From Pelagomonas calceolata (taxonomy: Eukaryota): a DNA stretch of 64,000 bases. The first letter of the stretch is position 1. Each line of letters opens with the position of its first letter. Positions 56,682 through 64,000 of this stretch are shown here, in pieces. The stretch lies in assembly GCA_918797485.1 (NCBI GenBank), contig CAKKNE010000006.1, positions 868,001 to 932,000 on the forward strand, in the 5' to 3' direction. The position numbers and the translations under genes are program-made. The notes under the pieces are model-generated. The model did not search any database. It was not told where the DNA came from and saw nothing but the letters and a program-made list of their open reading frames with translations.

Positions 56682-57080
56682 ATGCCCTACGCCGTCTCCG
56701 TCCGCGACCGCTGCATGTACTCCCACTCCCTGAAATTCGGCGACGCGCCGGCCTTCCGGACGGGCTGCACGGCGGTCGTCGACGCGAAGTTGCAAGGACC
56801 GGCGCTGACGGGCGACGGCGTTCTATGTGATATCCTCGCGGCGCAGAAAGCGCTCAAAAACGTGCTCGACGTCTTGGATCATGCGGACTTGGATACGCTG
56901 CCGGGCCTGGAGGGCGCGAATACCACTGTCGAGGTCGTCGCGAAGTTCATTTTTGATGCGTTTGTGGGCGAGATGAATGGTGCTGGTGCTGCGAAGGTCA
57001 CGCGCGTCGAAATACGGGTCGCCGAGTCCGACGTCGCGACGGCGTCCTACTACGAGGAGAACGAAAGCGGCGTGCTCTAG
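56682..57080 (+). CDS. 6-pyruvoyl-tetrahydropterin synthase/QueD-like T-fold protein
   Basis: VRD..MYSHS, VVDA, CDI, LD..DLD, NTTVEVVAKFI, ESDVATASY match a bacterial PTPS-like subfamily. Confidence 0.75.
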   Translation: MPYAVSVRDRCMYSHSLKFGDAPAFRTGCTAVVDAKLQGPALTGDGVLCDILAAQKALKNVLDVLDHADLDTLPGLEGANTTVEVVAKFIFDAFVGEMNGAGAAKVTRVEIRVAESDVATASYYEENESGVL

Positions 57081-57248
57081 GGGCCGCGGCGACGGCGTGC
57101 TGGAAGCTAGTATCGCGTTGGCGTCACCTCCAGGCTCCAGCGGCGTGCCGGCGGGAGAGACGCTATGCGCGACGCCGTCGCCGCGACGAGGAGAGGACAA
57201 GAGAGAAAATTCCGAGTAAATAATGTTACAGTACGGGTGTGATTCGGC

Positions 57249-58937
57249 TTAGGGGAGGAAGACGAAGTCGGCGATCAGCGCGACGTGGTCCGACGGGTAC
57301 TGCGGCGACGGCAGCGCGGGTCCCGCGCGAGTGAGTTGCTCGAGAGGAGGCACAGGAGCCACCGCCGCGCACCGGATCGCCGACGAGTCGTACCAGATGT
57401 AGTCCAGCGTGCCCCGGAACTGCTGCGTCAGGTTCGTGAAATCGGGCTCGACGCCTAAAACGGACGCGTACGAACTCACGAGCGGCAACCGATGCGCGAT
57501 CTGCCGCGCGTCGGGCAGCACGTTGACCGGGAAGCCTTGCGCGGTGTGTCTCGGTTGTAAATCGGGATGGCCTCGGGAAACGCCCTGCGTCGCGAGGAAC
57601 TCGTAGACACTGCTGTCAGGTCCGCTGTTGAGATCGCCCGCCATGATGCACGGCAGCGTCTCCCTTTGTCTGTTGCAGAAGGCGTCGAGCTGCCGGATCA
57701 ACGAGAGACTCTGCCAGAGCTTCGCGTCCGGGAAGTCTCTGTGCGAGTAGAGGTGCGTGTTCGCCACCGCGAGGCGCCTCGAACGTCTTCCAGGAGCAGG
57801 ATAGTCCTCCAGCACGAGCAACTGGGCGACGTTGTCCTTGACCAGTCGCGTCAGATACGCGTGCTCGTCCCGCTCGCTCAACCGGTTCGCGCGCGCCTCC
57901 GCGTAGGCCAGGTCGTTGAAGCGCAGCTCGCGCTGCTCCGCCACTCTATATTTTTGGGCCTTCCAGAACGTCGCGCAGCCGTCGACCTTGCCGGCGGCGC
58001 CCATGGCCTCCCTGCTCTTCTGCGTAAATAAAGCCTCGTACCCTGCTCTTTTCATCGCCGGCTCGAGGTACGTCTCGAACGCGTCGCGCTGCGCTTCTTG
58101 CAGGCAGACGACGTCGGCGTCGGCGTCGACGAGCTCCTGGACCACTAGGGAGCAGCGGTAGCCCCCATCTAGCGCCCATCTAGGACAGTACGGGTACGCG
58201 TGCGCCGTCGCGTAAATTTCGGCCAGGACGTTGTAGGAGCACACTCGCAGGGCATCTTGGCCTTCCGTCGACTCACCGAGCCACTGCCTCGACGGTGCGG
58301 CCCGCGGGGACTGGAGGACGGGCTCCGTACTGACAGCACCTCGCGCTCGGAGCGTTTCCTCACCGTTCACCGTCCGCATCGCCAGGCACTCTACACGTAA
58401 TCTCCTACCAATATCTTCCCGACCGGGTAAGTATTCGGCATCTTCCCCGACAGACTCCCACTTGTCGTCGTCTAGCATCGTTTGACTCTCTACGAGATCC
58501 TTGGACGTCCCTGCTGACGGCGCACAGACATCAGACGACGCGTTCGATGCCGATCTTTCTCTAGGCGGCTTGTGCGTCCGTTTATGGGCCGGCCAGGCCG
58601 CCACGAAGCACGCCGGTGAACAAAACGTCGCCGGCTCGGGCGCGCTCTTGTCGCCCTTGGCCTCCTTGGCGCAGATGGCGCACTGCAGGGCCTTTGATCT
58701 TCTTCGTCCCGCCGAGACCGGATCATAATCGTGGGCGATGGGGCAGCCGGGCGCGGCGCAATTCGCGACCGCGGCTCTCGAACGCAACCACCGCCACCGA
58801 AACGTGATGCCGTCCTCGTGGCCCGCGCTGCTTCTAAGTTGCGCTGACGGCTTCAATGCACAGCCCTCGACGGGGCGGGCCACTCTTACTTTAACGTGCG
58901 CCGGCGCGAACGCGGCCGGCGCCGGGGCCGCGACCAT
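57249..58937 (-). CDS. CCR4: CCR4-type deadenylase (EEP superfamily) with N-terminal zinc-finger region
   Basis: SYNVLAEIYA, ADVVCLQE, VDGCATF, VANTH, GDLNS, GTLDYIW, PSDH. Confidence 0.92.
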   Translation of the reverse strand: MVAAPAPAAFAPAHVKVRVARPVEGCALKPSAQLRSSAGHEDGITFRWRWLRSRAAVANCAAPGCPIAHDYDPVSAGRRRSKALQCAICAKEAKGDKSAPEPATFCSPACFVAAWPAHKRTHKPPRERSASNASSDVCAPSAGTSKDLVESQTMLDDDKWESVGEDAEYLPGREDIGRRLRVECLAMRTVNGEETLRARGAVSTEPVLQSPRAAPSRQWLGESTEGQDALRVCSYNVLAEIYATAHAYPYCPRWALDGGYRCSLVVQELVDADADVVCLQEAQRDAFETYLEPAMKRAGYEALFTQKSREAMGAAGKVDGCATFWKAQKYRVAEQRELRFNDLAYAEARANRLSERDEHAYLTRLVKDNVAQLLVLEDYPAPGRRSRRLAVANTHLYSHRDFPDAKLWQSLSLIRQLDAFCNRQRETLPCIMAGDLNSGPDSSVYEFLATQGVSRGHPDLQPRHTAQGFPVNVLPDARQIAHRLPLVSSYASVLGVEPDFTNLTQQFRGTLDYIWYDSSAIRCAAVAPVPPLEQLTRAGPALPSPQYPSDHVALIADFVFLP

Positions 58938-59215
58938 CTTCTGTCTAGCGCGGCGCCTTCGACGAGGCGCCGCGCGACTTGCGCTAGCACGCGCGGCGCC
59001 CCGAAGGACGCGGCGCGGCTACGCTCGCTTGCGCGGCGCCCGAGCGGGCGCCGCGCGGTACTTCGCTGCCTGCTGCCCGGCAACCGGCGCGGCGAGTCCG
59101 GCGCGGCGGCTGCGGGCGGCAGGTGGCGCAGTCCTTTCGGATGCAACAATGCTACTAGCAAGGCTCCCGGCGGGAGCTCTACGGCGATACGCGGCCGGGT
59201 GAATTAACTTGTCTT

Positions 59216-59238
59216 GCTAGTGTCTTACGAACGCTAGC
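59216..59238 (+). promoter_or_regulatory. Divergent-promoter motif copy (GCTAGTGTCTTACGAACGCTAGC)
   Basis: Lies between CCR4 ATG 58937 (-) and Rieske ATG 59566 (+). Confidence 0.6.
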
Positions 59239-59565
59239 GTGAACGTTGGACTTGCATGGAGTCGTACGCGGCATTCGGACGGCTGGAAGCTACCCCCCGG
59301 AGAAGTGCCGCCCTCTTACACCGCCCAGCCAGCTTGTCTCCAGCCCAGCTAGCCAACAAAAAACACCCAAACTTGAGCACCCGGCCGTCAAAAAATACGC
59401 TGACAATCCTGCAGGGCTGTGAAAACTCCGAGAGCACCCAACTCCGCCACCAGTGAACGCTGGTTACAGGAGTGCTGCAGAGTGCTGAGGGCTGAGTGCT
59501 GACACAGCCTCACAGCCAGACAGCCGGCGCGACGCAGAGCCGACGAGCGTTCCGCCTAGCACAAC

Positions 59566-60123
59566 ATGCAGAGACGACGAAGAATCGTAGCGGTCATCTG
59601 CGTCTGCGCCGCCACCTCGACCGCGGCACTCGCGGCACCACGGCGATGCGAAACCGCGACACCGGAGGACGCGCCGTCGGCGCTACGGCGCGCCCAGCTC
59701 GCCGCAGCGGCGGCGGCCGCGCTGCCTGCGAGCGCGGCACCGCCCGCACCGGAAGTCGCCACCGACCGCAAGGGCGTACCGATCAGCAAAGCGACGTGGG
59801 AGGCGTCGCACACGCCCGGCGCGGCGGATTTGGTGGCGGGTCTGGGCGGCGAGCCAACATTATTACTGAGCGGCGAAAATGGGGCCCTGGAGCCCTTCGC
59901 CCTCCAGGCCGAGTGCACGCACCTCGGCTGCCTCGTGGGGCCCTGGAACCCGCTGAGCCAGCGCTTCGTCTGTCCGTGCCACGGTAGCGAGTACAAGCGC
60001 GACGGCTCCGTCGCGCGCGGCCCGGCGCCGAAGCCCCTCAAATTGGCGAAGGTGGGGATCGACGAGCAGGGCCAGGTCGTCCTCGAGAAGTGGACCGAAC
60101 AGGACTTCCGCGAGAATGTGTAA
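59566..60123 (+). CDS. Cytochrome b6f Rieske (PetC-like) 2Fe-2S protein
   Basis: CTHLGC and CPCHGS boxes, GL.GEPT.L, V.RGPAP.PL.L, WTE.DFR; signal peptide. Confidence 0.88.
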   Translation: MQRRRRIVAVICVCAATSTAALAAPRRCETATPEDAPSALRRAQLAAAAAAALPASAAPPAPEVATDRKGVPISKATWEASHTPGAADLVAGLGGEPTLLLSGENGALEPFALQAECTHLGCLVGPWNPLSQRFVCPCHGSEYKRDGSVARGPAPKPLKLAKVGIDEQGQVVLEKWTEQDFRENV

Positions 60124-60133
60124 ATGAACTGTG

Positions 60134-60469
60134 TTACTCTTTCCTTCGTAGAGCCGCGAGGCTCTCCTCCACGCGCTTCCGCCGCTCGGCCTCCTCGCGC
60201 CGTCTTCTTTGTTCATCGGTCTCGGCCTCGTCGTACGCCGTCGCCACGAGTGCGACGCAAGCCGCGGCGCCCCAGAGGTACGGCGAGTTCAGCGACACGT
60301 CGAAGGCGAAGGGGTTCCAGTTGCGCCGCACGGCCTCGTCTTGCGCGTGGGCGACGGCCGGGTCGCGCTTTTTGTCGGTCGTAAGGCCGCGGCGACGGCG
60401 CGACGGGTCGCCGCGTGCCGCGGGTCCGCGCGCGTTCCGCCGGAGCTGTGCAACCGCGCCTCGGAGCAT
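60134..60469 (-). CDS. Small probable mitochondrial single-pass membrane protein
   Basis: Arg-rich presequence MLRGAVAQLRRNAR; TM YLWGAAACVALVATAY; charged tail. Confidence 0.55.
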   Translation of the reverse strand: MLRGAVAQLRRNARGPAARGDPSRRRRGLTTDKKRDPAVAHAQDEAVRRNWNPFAFDVSLNSPYLWGAAACVALVATAYDEAETDEQRRRREEAERRKRVEESLAALRRKE

Positions 60470-60658
60470 CGGTGCGATATATATGCTATAGCTGCGCGAG
60501 CTGCGATGTACACTGCAGTGGCTGACAGGTGCAGTGCTGTCTGAGTTCAGGGCGTGCACTGGAGACGATGGTCGTAGCACCTCTGCAGCACGATTTTCAG
60601 ACCAAACAAATGAGGGATGCCAGGATGCAACGCCGTGCGACCGCCGGCAAAGTTGAGG

Positions 60659-60681
60659 GCTAGCGGCTGTAACACTCTAGC
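60659..60681 (-). promoter_or_regulatory. Divergent-promoter motif variant (GCTAGAGTGTTACAGCCGCTAGC on minus strand)
   Basis: Lies between ATG 60469 (-) and ATG 60841 (+). Confidence 0.5.
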
Positions 60682-60840
60682 AAGCGAGGAGATTTCGGCC
60701 TCACCGGTGCGCAACGAACGAGTGACCTCGTAAAATACATTCCCACGCAACGCCAGAATATATCTGCTGCACGTGGGCAGCGATTGGGCAGCGACTAGGA
60801 CTCATTGCAGCGCACACACTGCATCACCAGGAACGAAGCC

Positions 60841-61689
60841 ATGCGCCTCCTCACAGCATATATTGTAGCAACCGCATTAACCACCACAACAGCGAAGAAG
60901 AAGAAGAGGCGCCGGAAAGTCGACGCGCGCACGGAGCAGCAGCGCTTGTGCGACGCGTGCATGGGCCTCGCGGAGCACGCGCGCACGGTCGTCAACGTCG
61001 CGATCAAAGACGTGTCAGGAGCCGTGGTGGACTGGCCCGCGGTGCTGGACGAGGGCTGTCCCGCGCCGGAATGTAGCACTTTACTCAAAGGCGTCGCTAC
61101 GGCCGTCGCCGAGGAGCTTCACATGCTCGTGGAGGACGGCGACGCGATCGACGCGCGGGTCCTCCCGGATTTACTGTGTGCGCCGGCGTCCGTCACCGGC
61201 GCGTGTCGCGATTACGACCCGCCAGATGCGACACCCAGAACCAAGCTCGTGGTGGCCTTGCACAACGAGCGAACTGTAGATGCGAAGACCCAGGGCCGCA
61301 TCGAGGTGCACCTCGTCGCGCCGGGCGACATGGACAAGGACTGCGCTCCGTCCGAGAACGTACAAAACGAGACAAAGCGTCTAGCATTGCAGAACGTGCG
61401 CACGCTGCAAGCCGACGAGGAGCAGTTGTTCGTCCTGTCGATCCACGCCCTGAGTCCGACGCTGCCCACGCTGCGCGCCAAGCCGCTCGGCGCGCCCTGC
61501 GGCGCCGGCGCGGACCTGAACGTCGACCTGTTGGAGGACCGGTGGGCCGTGTATTACGTGCGGGACCCGCCGCCCTCAAAGGTGAAGCTGCCGGGCGGCA
61601 TTTTTCGGCCGCTCGTGCTCGGGCGTATTGAGGATCGGGACGCGCGGGACATGCTGCCGAACGGGCACCCGTTCCACGGCGAGCTGTGA
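60841..61689 (+). CDS. Secretory-pathway protein with saposin-like domain
   Basis: Signal peptide; CDAC...C..EC..LL...LC......C six-cysteine pattern; C-terminal HGEL, a possible ER-retention variant. Confidence 0.6.
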   Translation: MRLLTAYIVATALTTTTAKKKKRRRKVDARTEQQRLCDACMGLAEHARTVVNVAIKDVSGAVVDWPAVLDEGCPAPECSTLLKGVATAVAEELHMLVEDGDAIDARVLPDLLCAPASVTGACRDYDPPDATPRTKLVVALHNERTVDAKTQGRIEVHLVAPGDMDKDCAPSENVQNETKRLALQNVRTLQADEEQLFVLSIHALSPTLPTLRAKPLGAPCGAGADLNVDLLEDRWAVYYVRDPPPSKVKLPGGIFRPLVLGRIEDRDARDMLPNGHPFHGEL

Positions 61690-61779
61690 CGCGGCGGCGG
61701 CGTCGAGGCGGCACGCCGTCGCCAAATGGGTGCGAAAGAGCCCGTGTGTAACAATAACTAACTGTGGAACGAATCGAAC

Positions 61780-63948
61780 TTAATCGTCCTCGAGGAAGGT
61801 CGCCGCCTCGGGGAGGGGCTGCGCCTTCCCCGACCGCCGCAGCGGCGACAGCTCGCCGGCCGCCGCGCGCGCGAGCGTCCGCCCCAATTCCCCGCGCGCG
61901 TCGGCGAGCGTCGCGCCGGGCCCGTCTTCCAGCCCCTCGGCCGCCGCGCGGCACGCGGCCCGCGCCTCCTCCAACGATTCGGCGGCGGCCGCGTCGGCGC
62001 CGGGCGCGCCGGCATCCATCGCGAGCCGCGCCGCCGCCACGGCGTCCAATGCTCGTTCGATGCCAACCTCGAGCAGCTCGAGGGGCGCGAACGACGACGC
62101 TAGTGATGAGGCACCATATTGAGCAGATGCGCCGTCGAAGAGCCACCTTATAAAAGCCGAGGGCCGCGCTATGCCTCTCCTCAACAGCGCGTCCACGTAC
62201 AAGACGACGTGCTGCGGCGACCCTCCCAATGAACTGACGACGCCGTCAAATAAAGCCCGCTCGACGGGCTCATCATCATAGCAGCAGTTCCGCAGAGCAA
62301 TCGCTAACTGGGCATCGTCCAGAGGTGCCAATAAATGAGTTAAAGAAGACGTATGGGAGCATAGAGCTCGGATCGCCGCCTTCGCGCGCGCAGCGTCGTC
62401 GTCCAAAGTGGCAAATTTGATCGCGACCATCGTCCGATCCGCACCGTCGTCGGGCGGGTCGACGGCCCGAGCTAACTCTCCTAGATCAGCCCGCCGCGCC
62501 AATTCTTCGGGCGTGTTCTCGTCAAAATCTACGGAGGATAAGCCTAGAGGTAGTAACGCGTGCAGTTTCTCCGGTAAGGCCACTTTCAATCTGTCCAAAT
62601 AAGCTAGCCGGCAGCACCTTTCCAAGACTTCTCGCACGAATCTTTTTTGGGCATCATCATCATCTTCATCCACAACAGCGGTCCAGTAGTCCCAGTAGGG
62701 CCAGACGAACTTCGTGTTCGACAAATAATGAGCAAATAACAACGCGATGCGACGCTGCTGCAAGGGCGTCGGCGCGTCGTCGTCGTCTAAGGCTCGAAAA
62801 AACAACTCGATGGCGGTCGCAAATTGGGGCGCAAATTTCGCCTCGTCCACAGCGCAGAGCTCCAGCACCGCATGCAGCACGTCGAGGAGGACTTCATCAG
62901 AGTGGGAAGCGTAGCTTATCAGCGAAGCGGCGACGTCTTTTAACGAGTCGGCAGGTAACGCTTCACCTATTGCCGCCAACTGCTTGGCCACGTCACTCTT
63001 GCTGCCGACCACAATCCCGTCCCAGCGCGCGCCGGGTTTAAATGCTTCTACTACGTCCGGGACTAACGAGAGGAGCAGGGGATCTTCGCACTGGAGAGCA
63101 GGCCAATTTCCATCAAAATCCGGCATGGTAAAGTCGTTGTCCGGTAACGAGGCCCGCGCGTCGCAGTCCACATCAATTTGACCGAGCGGGGCGTCGACGG
63201 CTCCTTTTTTGAGAGTAGAGACGGCTAAACTGATTAAACCATCACCTTTCAGAGAAACTAGACGCGGCGCAACCACCGCATCGGGCAGGCCGCCCCGCAA
63301 CAACGCCGCCGCGAGCAAGGCACCGTCCAACTTAGCTAAAATAGCGTCGAGGCTGGCGAGATCCGCAACGCCCACAGCACCGAGCCGACATAAGTAAGTA
63401 AGGGCGTTCGCCGCCGCGTGCCGATTCTTAGCGTCGCAGTTCTTCGCGAAGCGGTCGTAGGCCGCCTCGACGAACAATGGTGCTGTTGTCGAATCATGAC
63501 CCACGAGTAGCGCGGCGACGGACGCGTAGGCCCCCGCGCCCAGCGGCGACGCCTGGGCCACGAGCGCCAGCTGCGCCGCCACCACGCGCGGCCGCTCGCC
63601 CAGCTCCTTCTGGGCGACGGCGGCGCTCAGTGCTTTGAGGTTGTCTTGCAGAGGCACTGATGAATCAGTCGTCCGCCGGGCGTGGACGTCGGCGACTCTT
63701 GTTAAAAGCTGGACGAGGCGCTGGGAGCCCGCGCCGCCGATGGGCGTCGGGGCCGGCGGCGGCGGCCGCGCGGGCCGGTCGCGCCGGCCGCCGCCGCCTC
63801 CATCAAAGCGGCGGCGCTTGTGCCGGCCGTGGTCGCCGCGGCGGTGGTCGTCCCGGCCGCGCCGCCGCCGGTCGCCGCGGTGCCGGTCCCGGTCTCGCCG
63901 GTCATAGCGGTCGCGCTCGTCGCGGCCGCTGGAGAGAGGGCCGTCCAT
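61780..63948 (-). CDS. NCBP1: Nuclear cap-binding complex subunit 1 (CBP80, MIF4G-like)
   Basis: Basic N-terminal NLS; FAHYLSNTKFVWPYWDYW and FVREVLERCCRLAYLDRL match CBP80. Confidence 0.85.
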   Translation of the reverse strand: MDGPLSSGRDERDRYDRRDRDRHRGDRRRRGRDDHRRGDHGRHKRRRFDGGGGGRRDRPARPPPPAPTPIGGAGSQRLVQLLTRVADVHARRTTDSSVPLQDNLKALSAAVAQKELGERPRVVAAQLALVAQASPLGAGAYASVAALLVGHDSTTAPLFVEAAYDRFAKNCDAKNRHAAANALTYLCRLGAVGVADLASLDAILAKLDGALLAAALLRGGLPDAVVAPRLVSLKGDGLISLAVSTLKKGAVDAPLGQIDVDCDARASLPDNDFTMPDFDGNWPALQCEDPLLLSLVPDVVEAFKPGARWDGIVVGSKSDVAKQLAAIGEALPADSLKDVAASLISYASHSDEVLLDVLHAVLELCAVDEAKFAPQFATAIELFFRALDDDDAPTPLQQRRIALLFAHYLSNTKFVWPYWDYWTAVVDEDDDDAQKRFVREVLERCCRLAYLDRLKVALPEKLHALLPLGLSSVDFDENTPEELARRADLGELARAVDPPDDGADRTMVAIKFATLDDDAARAKAAIRALCSHTSSLTHLLAPLDDAQLAIALRNCCYDDEPVERALFDGVVSSLGGSPQHVVLYVDALLRRGIARPSAFIRWLFDGASAQYGASSLASSFAPLELLEVGIERALDAVAAARLAMDAGAPGADAAAAESLEEARAACRAAAEGLEDGPGATLADARGELGRTLARAAAGELSPLRRSGKAQPLPEAATFLEDD

Positions 63949-64000
63949 TGCTGCTTTTAGCTACCAAACTTGATTGCCGCTTGTTGAGCAGCAGTTTTCA

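Overview
Gene-dense, GC-rich eukaryotic nuclear DNA. It is most likely a pelagophyte stramenopile alga (Pelagomonas/Aureococcus-like); this is inferred from gene content, bipartite plastid presequences and intron type. The window holds about 30 protein-coding genes, mostly alternating in orientation, including a 10-intron Na+/K+-type P-ATPase, a soluble adenylate-cyclase-like protein, condensin CAP-D2, CBP80, CCR4, proteasome beta5, IscA2, PGAM, SulP-STAS-cNMP, HSF and a PetC-like Rieske protein. I reconstructed 22 introns by hand (7 GC-AG). Many are copies of non-autonomous DNA-transposon 'introners' with terminal inverted repeats and 8-bp target-site duplications, and a second repeated intron family has invaded the ATPase. 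Highlights: (i) an intact ubiquitin fused in frame to a P2X-like channel, visible only after splicing; (ii) an SPX-HAD-kinase three-domain protein; (iii) a recurrent GCTAGTGTCTTA-N4-5-CGCTAGC motif in nine head-to-head promoters; (iv) a synonymously diverged duplicate C-terminal peptide (KGRxVADPGCNGY*) 3 kb downstream of a small basic gene. No rRNA, tRNA or CRISPR array was seen. All calls come from reading the sequence; no searches were run.
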